A DNA stretch of 64,000 bases, taken from Lepidodermella squamata (Eukaryota > Animalia > Gastrotricha). The notes under the pieces are model-generated. The model did no database searches. It saw only the letters and a list, made by a program, of their open reading frames with translations, and had not been told where the DNA came from. The position numbers were made by a program, and so were the translations under genes. Of this stretch, positions 46,224 through 57,700 are shown one piece after another. Each line of letters starts with the position of its first letter. The first letter of the stretch is position 1. Location: contig JBLDXI010000003.1 in the NCBI GenBank assembly GCA_047495785.1, forward strand, positions 2,852,001 to 2,916,000, written 5' to 3'.

Positions 46224-46988
46224 GAGCTGAAATTAATTGTTAACCAACTATTTTCAGCGGTGTCTAGCAGTTGGATAATAATTTTTTAGAAATCAAATAA
46301 AAATGTAATGTTCGATACCCATATGGTCTGAAGATTAGATGCAATTTAGGTTCATCCGATTCAGCAGTTTCCGCCGTGAACGAATATTATTTTCCGCATT
46401 CTCGATAACAAATACCGTAACGGGTCCCAACTTTGGACAAAACACCTTTTTTAATTAAAAAAATTAGGGTTTCGTCTAAAAAATGGAAATAAAATAGCCT
46501 AACGTTCTTTCTGAGTGATCTAGTTTCGGCGATTATTCGCAAATCGATAGTATATGAAAGTATTGGCAAATTTGGTACCGCTGGAAAGTCCATTAATCAA
46601 GCTATTTTTCACCGAAATTTTTATATTATCAGTTATGCAGCACGAATTGATATTCGGGGCTAACGCTTATAAAGTGTCCAAATTTGGGGTGTCCAAATTT
46701 AGGGCGAGTTACGTTACCTGTTTTAGGTTCATCATATGTTGGCGGGGGGTAACATTATTTCTCGAATTCCAAAGGCTAGTGATACACATGTACCCAACTT
46801 GCCATGGTTTTTAATCATAGAAAAAAACCCACAAATAGAATTTTTTATTACGTTCTCTGCTCGGAGTTGCGGCTTTTACTAGTAATTATTGTTAAATTAT
46901 TACCCGTGATTTAGAGCGACCTTCATTTATTGAGGTTTGATTATTTCAATCTGAGAGATTATTAATTAATAATCCATGATTCATAACA

Positions 46989-48103
46989 TTAGGCGTCTTT
47001 CTTTTCATTCTCGATCAACTTCTTCCCTCTGAGCCTCTCCGCTTTGCGCTTTTGAGCTTTCGCGAACAGCGACATGCGTTGCAAGTCTTTTGCGGAGGCA
47101 TTTTGGTCGTAGTCAAAACAGATTCCGCAAGCCGCACAATTTCCGTCTGGTTTGAGAGTGCGCTGGCATTGATAGCATATAGTTGAGTAGTCTGGGGGCT
47201 CATCGTATTCCGGTGGGTCCTCGGGCGATGGTGGAAAGTGGTGGACGAAAATGCCCGGAGCAAATTCAAACGACTCCTTAACAATGAATAGAAGTAATTG
47301 GAAAGGAAAGAAATTAAGAAATTTACGGCCACAGAATAATCAGACATAGCAGTTGGGCTCAGAGTGGGGCTGGTATCACCAGGTTGTGGCGGATGTGGAG
47401 GCGATAAGACTCCACCGCGTCCCCGGCCACGCCCTGGGCCACGATTGGCAACGTCCAATGGCTGAGGAGTTGCAGGTTCGGGCGGGGTTGTAACCGAACG
47501 AGGTCCACCACGTCCACGACCGCGGGTGGAACTGTCCATCGGCTCATCTGCATGAGCCGATGGCTTGGCAGAGGCAGAATCGCCAGGGCAAAGCGGGGGC
47601 GAAGGCATCGCTAAAAGAACTTGACCACGGCCTCGACCACGTCCACGCCCACGGTTCATTTCAGCTGACTGAGGCGAAGCCTTGGTGGAGCTGGAAGTGC
47701 CGCGTCCGCGACCTCGACCCTGAGTGGAAGTCGGTTTATCGGGCTGAGAGAAAGCCGCCGCTGACTTAGGAGTGCCACGCCCCCGACCCCGATTGGAACT
47801 GGGTTTATCAGGCTGAGAGAAAGCCGCTGCTGGCTTGGGTGTACCGCGCCCTCGACCACGAGTCGTAGTAGGCTGAGGCGGCGGCCTAGCCGAACCATCT
47901 CGATCGCGTTGTTGACCCCGAGTCGTAACTCTGAGTGACTTATCATCAGAAGAAATCACAGACATTGATCGTCCACGACGATCGCTGCCACGACCACCAC
48001 TACTAAAACAACCACCAGGAGCGCCATGTGGAACCTGAGCCAATGGAGATGAAGAAATGGGGGTCAAACTATCACTCGAAGGTATCAACACAGGTGATGA
48101 TGA
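46989..48103 (-). CDS. RGRGRG-repeat, S/P-rich protein with a C-terminal CxxC-x9-CxxC zinc ribbon; 5' exon(s) not resolved
   Basis: Exon ~48103-47327 with six RGRG(RG) blocks, a 50-nt GT-AG intron, then exon 47276-46989 reading ESFEFAP...ICYQCQRTLKPDGNCAACGIC...KRKAERLRGKKLIENEKKDA*. Confidence 0.6.
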
Positions 48104-48223
48104 CTGAAACTGGACATTAACGAAATGAATTATTTCCTCATATTTCAGTTTGAAACATTTAAAAAAAACCGCTCTGCGGTTACACGATAATAAGTAAAAT
48201 TCATAAAATTAGCAATACAATTT

Positions 48224-48606
48224 GTGCCATAAGTAACGCAAGGAGAGAAAATACACGAAAAAGGGTTAAGAAACTCTAAAATGAGAGACAATGTCACATC
48301 ATCTCATGACCCTGATTTTTTTTAAATTTCACAAATATTGGAAAATAATTCCAAAAATACGATATTAGTAATCAAATATGCCACTTGTTAATGGGATAAA
48401 AAAGTCCCAAGAGATTTGGTCTAACCGGGTAAAATACCAAAAATTACCGAGCCAATTTTCCGAGTTTTCGCCAGTAAATTTGTATATTCTCCGATTAAAT
48501 CGCGGGTTAAGGATGTGCGATTCTCCGGGTAGTATGTAGTTTCAATCTCGAAAATTGATCAAATTTATTGCAAAAAGGTACAAATTTAAAAAATTGTGGC
48601 GCAACC
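48224..48606. mobile_element. Tc1/mariner-type MITE, degenerate copy (family of 58746-59127)
   Basis: Colinear with 43591-43972 (ATAAGTAACGCAAG, AAAATGAGAGAC, GGTAAAATACC-x-AAAATTACCGA, GCGCAAC). Confidence 0.65.
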
Positions 48607-48972
48607 TAAGCGACAAGCTGTAATTCGACTGAAATAATTTGATCAATTTGATATTAAATTTATTTAGAATCAATCCGCTTAAAGTCGAATTTTTATTTCA
48701 ATTGGTAGATGATTTTCGAGTTTTCATACATCAGTGACACTTTGCGGGTTTCTAAACTTGAGGAGGATAGGAATTTCCATTACTTTGAAACTTCAAATGA
48801 AATAACATTGAGGAAAACTAGGTAACTGGTTATTTAAACTTTCTGAAAAATTGGAAAAAATACGGGCGTTGCCTACAGCTCGAAAATATTAAATTTTCGC
48901 TTTTCCCTATATTGTTTTTTTTTTAATAAATTATCAAATAATGGTCAGCGACGTTCAGTCTGAGGCATCGTA

Positions 48973-50697
48973 TTACCTATTACAAAACACGACGTAATCT
49001 TCCAAATTGAATACCTCAGAGCTGCAGTTGTTTGGACCGGATTCCGCAACTGTCCGCAACAAACGAAAATCGATTGCGCCGGGTGTTTTCTGCACCAGCT
49101 GTATATCGCCTCTTGCCGCGAGTCCCAGCAAATGGCTGAAAAGAAGGGCTGCTGATGAGAGACTTCTTGACACCAGGTCGTCGAAAGACTCGCTGGTCTC
49201 GCACAGCAAGAAAACGTCGGACTGGCTCAATTTGGCGGGTTGGGACTCACGCGAATCGGCCGGTGGTCCATCGGAGGTTCCGGGCTCTTGGAGCGGGCTC
49301 ATGGGCTGAGGTAATAAAGAGTCCTGGCGAGCCTCTGAAACAGCTGGTACTGGAATTTGAGGGGAAAGCGGAGAACAGGGCGGGTTTATGGAGGGTTCTG
49401 CGATGGCTGGTTCCAAACTTGGAGATGATATTGGAGAACGGGACGGCTGCATGGATGATTCGACGATGGCGGGTTCCAGAGTTGGAGATGAGAACCAACA
49501 TTTCTCCCCTAATTGATCGCTCAGGAGATCATAACGAGCCACCCTCTCTGCCATGGGGAGGACATTGAAACTGTGACCCTCAGCTAAAGGGGGACAAGGA
49601 CACTTTTCTCCTGGGGGAAATCTAATGCTGTGAATCAACAAATCCCGGTCAATCATCGGTAACCGGAAGAATTTGTCCCAATACCCGGGTCCATGGTTGA
49701 CCACCTTCCAGCCTGGAAAAAGGCTGTCCTTCAAGTTACGACTGATGTCAATACTACATCCTGCCATGAGCCGATCGAGATTGCAGACAGCTGCTGCGTT
49801 CATCAGCTGCCGAGATTGAGGTGCTAGCGTCATGGGCGCAGTGTTGCAATTCTCGAGGAAACTGGGATCATCGTCGATTTCCGTCTCTACGTCAATTGCA
49901 ACTTGGCCTGGCTGTCTTTTCGTTTTCGGCTCACCTTGAGCATTCTCGGCATTTTCAACCAGGATTTCGGGAACAAAATCCATCGCCAGTTCATCGATTT
50001 CCATATCGGGAACATAATCCATCGCCAGTTCATCGATTTCCATATCGGGAGAAGAATCCGCAACGCTCAACTGAATGTCCTCGTAGTCAACGGCCGAACA
50101 GGAAACTGGGGCTGGAATCGCCAGATCATCCAATTCCATGATGCTAGAGGCTGAATGCAAAACTTGGGCTTGCATTTCTAGGTCACCTAGATTCATTGTA
50201 TACGACGAAGTGTCCTCAGGTTGAATATTTGCATTCAAATCAATTGGCAAAGAATCGCGCGGTTCAATGGCCAGATATGAATCAGCCTCCCTATCAACTT
50301 CAGCTGTTGCGGGAGCATAATATTCCTCGAAAAGTCCTGCTAAAAATAGGTCGTCGTCGACGCGAGAGATACAACGTGGCTTTTGAGAGGCTGGAATTTC
50401 CGGCAAATCGATAGATGGAATGTCACGAAAATCGGTAGATAGGGGCTTTATCCAACTCTCGGGGTCGTCAACAGTATCAACGAAGAGTTTCCAGGCATCA
50501 GTGAACAGAAATTCCACCTTATTTTGGTAAACCCTCGATAGCATCAATAAATGCCGGCTCTTCGAACAATAATCTCTACGGCTCTCCAACACTTGTCTAG
50601 CCAAAGGAGGTATTTGCACATTCAAAACAAAGGGCCGATGTAACATGTTGCTTAGAAACTCGCGGTCAAGGCAGATCAAACGGTCCAATCTCGTCAT
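48973..50697 (-). CDS. Divergent alpha-kleisin (Rad21/Rec8-like cohesin subunit), ~574 aa in one long exon
   Basis: N-terminal HLLMLSRVYQNKVEFLFTDA resembles Rad21 [21 protein letters not shown]. Central KRQ...IDVETEI resembles KRK-x-IVDxxxEL. C-terminal winged-helix SFDDLV...AALLFSHLLGLAARGDIQLVQKTPGAI resembles AAAKFYSFLVLK...IELTQEEPYSDI. Long acidic/Pro linker. A possible donor at ~48976 means the end may be spliced. Confidence 0.72.
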   Translation of the reverse strand: MTRLDRLICLDREFLSNMLHRPFVLNVQIPPLARQVLESRRDYCSKSRHLLMLSRVYQNKVEFLFTDAWKLFVDTVDDPESWIKPLSTDFRDIPSIDLPEIPASQKPRCISRVDDDLFLAGLFEEYYAPATAEVDREADSYLAIEPRDSLPIDLNANIQPEDTSSYTMNLGDLEMQAQVLHSASSIMELDDLAIPAPVSCSAVDYEDIQLSVADSSPDMEIDELAMDYVPDMEIDELAMDFVPEILVENAENAQGEPKTKRQPGQVAIDVETEIDDDPSFLENCNTAPMTLAPQSRQLMNAAAVCNLDRLMAGCSIDISRNLKDSLFPGWKVVNHGPGYWDKFFRLPMIDRDLLIHSIRFPPGEKCPCPPLAEGHSFNVLPMAERVARYDLLSDQLGEKCWFSSPTLEPAIVESSMQPSRSPISSPSLEPAIAEPSINPPCSPLSPQIPVPAVSEARQDSLLPQPMSPLQEPGTSDGPPADSRESQPAKLSQSDVFLLCETSESFDDLVSRSLSSAALLFSHLLGLAARGDIQLVQKTPGAIDFRLLRTVAESGPNNCSSEVFNLEDYVVFCNR

Positions 50698-51299
50698 TGC
50701 GATTCTAAGAAATGAAAATATTGATATTTCAAAATTGATTTCGCTAACAGCTGAGTCTGACATCAGTTCCGATTTTTTTACTAAAAATCTATCATAATTC
50801 ACCAGCATTTTTCTCAATTTTTTTAATTTTCTTAAAATCATAAAATAAAATCGTAAAATATTGATCGAAATTATCAAGCATGCTGCTTTCTAGCGCACAA
50901 GAAAAATGGCCAAGAAATTATTCCATACCTTCTTTATTAATTGCTCAATATTTTAATTTTACAGAAATTAATTCATCTAAACATACATGCGAGTCTTGTA
51001 TTTAGCAATAGTATCACCTCACTTTACAATTAATAATGGTAATTGTAGTGACAGGAAAAGTCATCTGTTGCTGGGGCACCATTTCCCACAGCCGGCAAAT
51101 TTCTTGTATCAAAATTTCGAAAATTAAATTTGCCCACAAATTTCGCGATGAATTATCATGTGCACAACGAGCGATTTAACCAAACTATGTGAAACCGCAG
51201 ACTTGGGATAATTAAATTTCATAAATTTTTTAAACGCCAAAGTTAAGTTACGTCCCTCTAAACTCTAATCCAATCATGTTAAAATGTCTTTCGATAAAT

Positions 51300-52423
51300 C
51301 AGTTATATCCAGAAATTGTTTCGCTTGATCATTAATTAGAGAAAATCTATTTTTCGTACATGTTGGAAGCCATTCTACGCATCTCAGCAAAGCAAAACTG
51401 CCTCAGGGTGCCTCGACTGAACTTGAGAGCAACTATTCTCGCCAGTGCCAGAACGATTGACCAATTTTCCACCATCATTCTTGGATCGTCACTGTAACAA
51501 GAATAATAATAGAACTGGCATAATATATATGAATTAAATTTTACTGAAGTTCGCGCGAAACCGTCGCCAGCGTCCGAAACCCCAAATCCGATACCGCTTT
51601 GGTACCACTTAGAGTCGACCTGGCCGAAAACGGTTCCGAAACCGAAACAGATCGTTTGTCGACCCTTACGATCAAGTTCGCCGCGTCAAATTCAGCCTCC
51701 GAAATAAGGCAGCTATCGCTTTTGTTATTCCCAGGAGGCAGACGGAGGACGAGTAACTTTTTCAGTTGCCTGGCAATTATTTTCAACCGCTCTTCTTCCT
51801 CCACGTTTTCATACAAGTATGTAGCCACAGAGCAAAAAATGGCAGGATTTTTCGCCATATACTGGTTATCGAATCTGAAATTTGAAGAAACGTTGCAATA
51901 TAGAGGACAATTTCCAAATTAAGTTTCAATTCTAAATCTCGCAATTTAACCAAATAACAGACAACAATTCTTACTGCGGTAGATGGCTTTCATTGTTGCG
52001 ATTTTTTTTATTTTTAAATAAAATTTTAGAATAATTTTAAAATAATTCTATAAAATTTTTGAAAAGTTTTTCAACATTTTTCAGATTTGTTTCGATTTTT
52101 TAATTTTTTCAAATTTTTAAGAATTTTTCTTGCAAATCTAGGACGTATCTCTAAAAAATCTGCTACATCGCAATAAATTTACCTATTGCCTGTTTTCTGA
52201 GCGGCGGCTATCATCATCTCCCCAAGAAACCGAGTTGGACTTGACCTGTTGGCGCGTAAGGAAGCTTTCAACTCTTCAGGGCTCAGTCCAGACTGGCGAA
52301 TTTCTGGCAGAAAAGACAAAATTAGTCATGAAATTTCAAATTATTGCATCGTATCACACTTTCAAGAGCCTTGTTCGACGCATTTTCGGGAACGAACTCG
52401 TAGGGATCAGCCATATCAGCCAT
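51300..52423 (-). CDS. Multi-exon protein of unknown function
   Basis: Phase-consistent exons 52423-52350, 52303-52183, 51874-51545, 51491-51360 (MADMADPYEFVPEN...RFDNQYMAKNPAIF...GTLRQFCFAEMRRM). The last exon is uncertain and no family was recognised. Confidence 0.45.
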
Positions 52424-52635
52424 GCAGCGTTCGGGTTAAATTGAAAAGTACCAGCAAATAAAATACTATATCGTGGTACAAAATGTTTGGAAAAATTATG
52501 ATTAATTGAAGGTAAATTCTTGTTCCAGATTACTAATTTCACCGTTTTCGCAATGACAAATAGTAATACAGCTGAAGAGAAGTATATGACAGAATGATAT
52601 GACAGAAGTCATACGCATTTTCAAAATATTTCGTT

Positions 52636-53284
52636 TCAATTCAGAGCCAACCTCCAGCCCGTCAGATGCTCAATGAAGTGCTCATCGCACATTGGCGGCT
52701 TGCCTTCACATTGGCCACAATAGAAACGAGTTTGTTTTCCCTTGAATCTTGCATCCTTATTGCTCAAATTTTTAATTATTACCCCTTCATCGACGCACCG
52801 CCTGCAGACCTTTCGCACAAGTTTAGGTCTTTTCGGGTCTTCAGGTACCCACAGATCACCGTTTGCTATTAAGAACCGCTGATGAAGGGCGCAAGAGCTG
52901 CCACAGCTCGGATCTTTTAACAATAAAAATAAATTTTCTTGAATATATCAAAAAATCCTAATATTGGGATTATCCCGTACTCTTAGGCGAGACATGGGAA
53001 TTAGAAGTTGGTACATCAACACGTTGCGTGGGACTTCGCCGTTTCGTTGTAGCGCTATCGCCAACAGGTTTGGTATCCCTAATTTTAGTTTCCTTTTCTA
53101 CTTCTTTCACAACCTTCCTAACAATAGGGCGCGTGGTCTGAAAAATAAAACCACTTATTTATACGAAGTTCAGCATCTCCATTGGGCTTACATTTAGGAA
53201 TCCACTTGCCCAGCGCGCTGATTCTTGCCAAGACGGGGGATCAATTTTCGTAAAATGTGGTTCCAAGAAGGCATAGTTACTCAT
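52636..53284 (-). CDS. 184-aa protein ending in a piggyBac-transposase-type Cys-rich zinc-finger domain, with no catalytic domain
   Basis: Exons 53284-53165, 53137-52981 and 52913-52636 join in frame. RKVCRRC...KQTRFYCGQCEGKPPMCDEHFIEH matches the RxxCxxC...KxTxxxCxxC...CxxxFxxxH C-terminal domain of piggyBac transposases. Confidence 0.65.
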
Positions 53285-53372
53285 CACACCAAATATTACA
53301 ATAATTATTTTTCTAATTTTCGATTTATCATGAATTATATTAACAATTCCATAATCGGAAATTAGGGTCATA

Positions 53373-53846
53373 CGGGCGCCGTCGTTCACAAAGTAAAAAA
53401 ACTGAGAAATTTTCAACACAATGGTTGCCCCCTTGAAAATTGCGATTTTGCATTAAATAACACAACCCAGTAGGTAATCGATGACGCTCTGCACGCTGGT
53501 TGCCGTTTTATCTCTCAATTATCTAACCGTAAACGGCAATTAGCAAAAAATGAAAATTTTCCAATCGAAGTGATTTTCAACTCATTTCTAGGGTTAAAAA
53601 ATCGTTGATTCCGAAAATCACATTTTCAACTCAAAATTCGGCGATTAAAATTTTTTCAAGTCATTTAGGTCCAGTTTTCGACCAGTTAGACTTGAAATAA
53701 AAATCTGGAAAATTCACCAAAATGTGCGGCTCAAAATGTGACTATATAGACCTGTTTTCAGCGTTCTAGAATGATTTTTAAGGGGGGTGACCATTGTCTC
53801 ACATGACAAAAATTTTGTAAAAATAATTTGTTAACGACGGCGCCCG
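53373..53846. mobile_element. MITE with perfect inverted ends and probable TA TSD (Tc1/mariner-type)
   Basis: CATACGGGCGCCGTCGTT (53369-53386) and AACGACGGCGCCCGTATG (53833-53850), an 18-bp inverted match that includes the flanking TA. Confidence 0.7.
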
Positions 53847-53925
53847 TATGGTTGAGAATCACTAATTTCATTTATAAAGATTTACCGTGATTTTTATTAC
53901 TAACTTTCTTCTTCGTATGCCCAAA

Positions 53926-54270
53926 ACTGAGACCACGACATTTCAGATCCGACAATTGAGAACGGACAACCGAGACAATAATCGCGAAGATAAATGTCTG
54001 ACTCGAACTTGACACGACATCAACGTGGGCAAGGCCAGCGATTCTAAGCCTAAGTCCTAGTTTTACCATCTATTTTAAATTTCCCTATATTTTTGTCTCG
54101 GTTGTCGTACGAAAAATAAAATCATAAATTTAATTGGTTAATTAATTAATCTCTGTTGTCGGTGTCTCGGATATCGGCAATAAAAATATTTATTTTGATT
54201 TTGGTCTCAGTTGTCGTTTTCTGGGATGTCCGATCTCAGTTATCGAGTGTTCTACGACAACTGAGAACCG
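53926..54270. repeat. Cluster of short direct and inverted ACGACAACYGAGA(C) motifs, possibly subterminal repeats of a decayed DNA transposon
   Basis: GACAACCGAGAC (~53965), GTCTCGGTTGTCGT (~54096), GTCTCAGTTGTCGT (~54204), ACGACAACTGAGA (~54254). Confidence 0.45.
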
Positions 54271-54379
54271 AAAGTGGGCAATTTTTCCTAACCAAAATAA
54301 ATAACAAAAAATGTCGATAATAAACTGTTAAAATCCGATTTCCCATTTCTACACTACAGTGTAATTTCAATCATAAGTA

Positions 54380-54742
54380 CACTATAAAAAAAGTTCGCTA
54401 TTTAGCACTTGGCATTTAGCACGGCCGGTTATTTAGAATCAAAATTACAACAATTTCGAATGCTAAATACCAGAAAACTATTTAGAATAATTGGGGATTA
54501 ATTTAGATAGGGAAAAACATAGGGGAAAATGGAGTTTAGGGTGTCCAAAAATAGATGACCAAGCAAACCCGCCTTTTCATACTATTTTCCTAAAATTTGA
54601 AATTTATCGCATAGAATTTCCTTTTTCGGCAATTAGAAGCTTCAGCTGAAATTTTTAGGCTGAATAGGAGGCTCCCAGGGTCCTAAATGCCCGAGTAGAA
54701 GTCGGTTATTTAGCGGCTAAATTGCGAATTTTTTTTATAGTG
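54380..54742. mobile_element. Non-autonomous CACTA-ended element, 363 bp
   Basis: 27-bp TIRs with 2 mismatches: CACTATAAAAAAAGTTCGCTATTTAGC and GCTAAATTGCGAATTTTTTTTATAGTG. Internal ATTTAGC/GCTAAAT repeats. Flanks GTA and ATA. Confidence 0.7.
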
Positions 54743-57700
54743 ATAGCATAAAATCTGTGATTCCAATGGTTATATAATTTTATACCGTAGCGTATAAAAA
54801 TTGGGCACAGGTCGACGTTGCAAACTTCAAAAAATTCACGAAAATCCGGGTCACTACTACCGTTTTCAGAACCATCAATTAGATAGAGATGCAATTTTTT
54901 CTCGACGCAGTACCGTGGATGAAGCTGGTTCTTGGATAATTCTCAGATATTCATCTCATCTCGACGAGAACCTAAACCTAGTCGGTGCCAGGTGACATAC
55001 CTACCTACTCGACATGTCAGCCATTTTTCGGAATTTTCTACCCTAAATTTACTGATAAATTGCGATTAATTGTTCAATGGGACGAAATTAGACTTGATGT
55101 TTTTTCTACAGCCATCCAATAAGGCCGCGCCGCTTTAAGTTACTCGGGCTATTCGCTTTAAGCTACCTCCGCGCTATTCTTCGTCATCTATCAAACCGAG
55201 TGAGCTTCAGAAATAAATCGCGTTTTTATAAATTGCTAGCAAACAAAACAGGTCAATTTTTTTTAAGACTCAATTCAAGCGAGGTGCAGACCTATTTCAA
55301 GCTATGAAGTAACAGCAGAAAATTTTTATTTTACCCAGGTTACATGAGCAAAATTGAATCAAACGAGTATGATTTTAATGAAAAATATAGCCGTGTCGCA
55401 GTGATGCGCAATTTTACGCGCAGTCGAAATCGATGCCGATTTACAGGCTATACCAGCAAGGGCTACAGCGTGAACAAACGCCAGCTGAAAATCAGGCATT
55501 AAGGTGGATATTTCTAACCAGCAAATATTACCAGGATCGAAAGGCTCTCGACTCGCAGCGGAGCGTAAAACTACTATCAGCGGTATAACAAAATTTGGCC
55601 CAAGTGAATTTTCAAAATGAATACTAAATGACATGGAATGAGCAATCCCTTTTCTTTTATGGAGCAAATCTCTGTGTTACGCAACATGCTGGATTAACAA
55701 TTGCGTCCTGCATAATCGCGAAGCTATAAAAAATATATTTCGCCCGATTTTGCATAGGTGCGCATGCAAAAAATGGCCGCTTCAAAAATAAACAAAAAAT
55801 AATAATGCACGCATAAATACCTTCAGGTGACATAATGTATTCCAGCTATGTCCTATAACAAAGTAAAGTCAAAGTCGATACCTTATTATCATAGATAATA
55901 CTGGTATTAAAGCAATGGCGAGAATTCGAACAAGAAAGATTGCGAATTTTAACCAAGGATACTTCATTCGAAATTATCCGAAATCTTCACTTTTAGATAG
56001 CAAAAACGAGAAAATTGAAGTATTGTGCGTTAAACGCTAACAAGGCGTGGTGGCTGAAAATGCGCATATTTGGCGGCCATTTTAATTGGCCATTAATCAG
56101 ACCCTCAACAATTAAAGGGTTACGAGGACGCATACGGAGAGTTGCTCATTAAATGAGGCGAAAAATGACAACAATCAACAGGCCGAATTCGAAATAAAAA
56201 GTTACATTTCTGAACTCCAGCCTTAACCCGAGTCCACGTTCGAAGAGTTGGTCATTCGACCAGATTCACCGCCCGTGACGTGAAATTCACCTAATTTTTG
56301 AAGACGAGCAACGAAAGGTCAAATCGATAATTATTATTAAATAATTAGTTGGCCATTTTCTGTGAGGTCATTCATGTCAAAGTAAAGTAAATACGGCACT
56401 AACCAATAAAAAATCCAGCGACCGCGTCCGATAGCGGTAGCAAATTTTCACTCAACGGCAACCGTCGATAAATTAACAGTTTTCAGTATCACATAGAGCC
56501 AAGATGTTTTATCACCTATAAGCGCAACAGTAATACATTACCATTAAAAATGCATTGATTTTCTCAGCAGAAAAAAATTCCTAATAACACTTCGAGAAAA
56601 GAGAAAACTGTGTGGCAAGGGGACATTTCAGGATGGATCAGGAAGACAAGCAACGTACATAACAAGTCCACAATACTGCACATCAAGCAGACCTGTTGAA
56701 TATACCCGCTTTCTGGTAGGTCAGTAATAAAACGGCGAGCGAAAGCCCGCTTAATTACACCGTACCGAAACGGCGGAAGTAGGTCACGCACGCCAACCGA
56801 GCTACCCTACACACTAATTCTCTTCTGTTCAGGATGCCATAGCGAAAATTGGCGAGAGAATGGCGAAAAATGCGTCCAATATTTTTGTAATAAAATTGCG
56901 ATAAAATGGCAAATTTCAAAAAAAATGAGAATGATGTTTAATACCGCCGGCGGCAATTGCAACCGCTCCGAATTAATTAATCGATGGCGCTTCAAGAAAG
57001 GATAATAGAAGAAAAAAATTTGCTCGAAAAATCTTTAAAATCATCGAATTTATGTAGAAACAATTTCTAAAAAAATTCCATTTAATTCAGAAATACATAT
57101 ATGAAATGAAGCGGTATATGAAATACTTGTTACTTATCTATATATAAATACCCATCCTTGATTTGTGTGATAATAATTATTAAGCTCGATATTTGAAGCG
57201 AAACTATAAGTTTCAAATTCTAAATATGAATATCTGTCAAAAATTGCCCCACACAATCGCCTTAAAAAAATGCTCGGATGAAAAAGCATTGTGGAAATTT
57301 CGCACTCATGGATTATAAAAAAATACACAAGCTGCGCACAAATTTCAAATTTGTGCGTGAAAAAGGCAGTTTTTATTGCTTTTTCACTTACCTAAAAGGT
57401 AGATTTCTGCCAGTTTTAATGCTTCGGCAACCGTTTTTTCTCGACAATCTGGTTGCTACGACTGCTAGCAGCCATATATGGCTCGAAAATCCGGTTAAAA
57501 TAGCCTAAAATCGCTTAACAATGGTCAACAAGCAACCAGAACAATCCTCAAAATGGGCATATATAACAGGTATTTCCGCCAGCATTTTAATGGTAAAATT
57601 CATTCTAAAGCTATTTCTAAGTGATATTATAATGTAAGAGCAGAGGAATCTTAGGATATGTTCAAAATTCGAAAATTTTACAAACTGACCGAGAAAATCA

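Noticed and set aside
50698-50877. N-terminal 60 aa of the 634-aa ORF
   Set aside because: AT-rich intron-like sequence ending in a TCTTAG acceptor. Kleisin similarity begins after ATG 50697.
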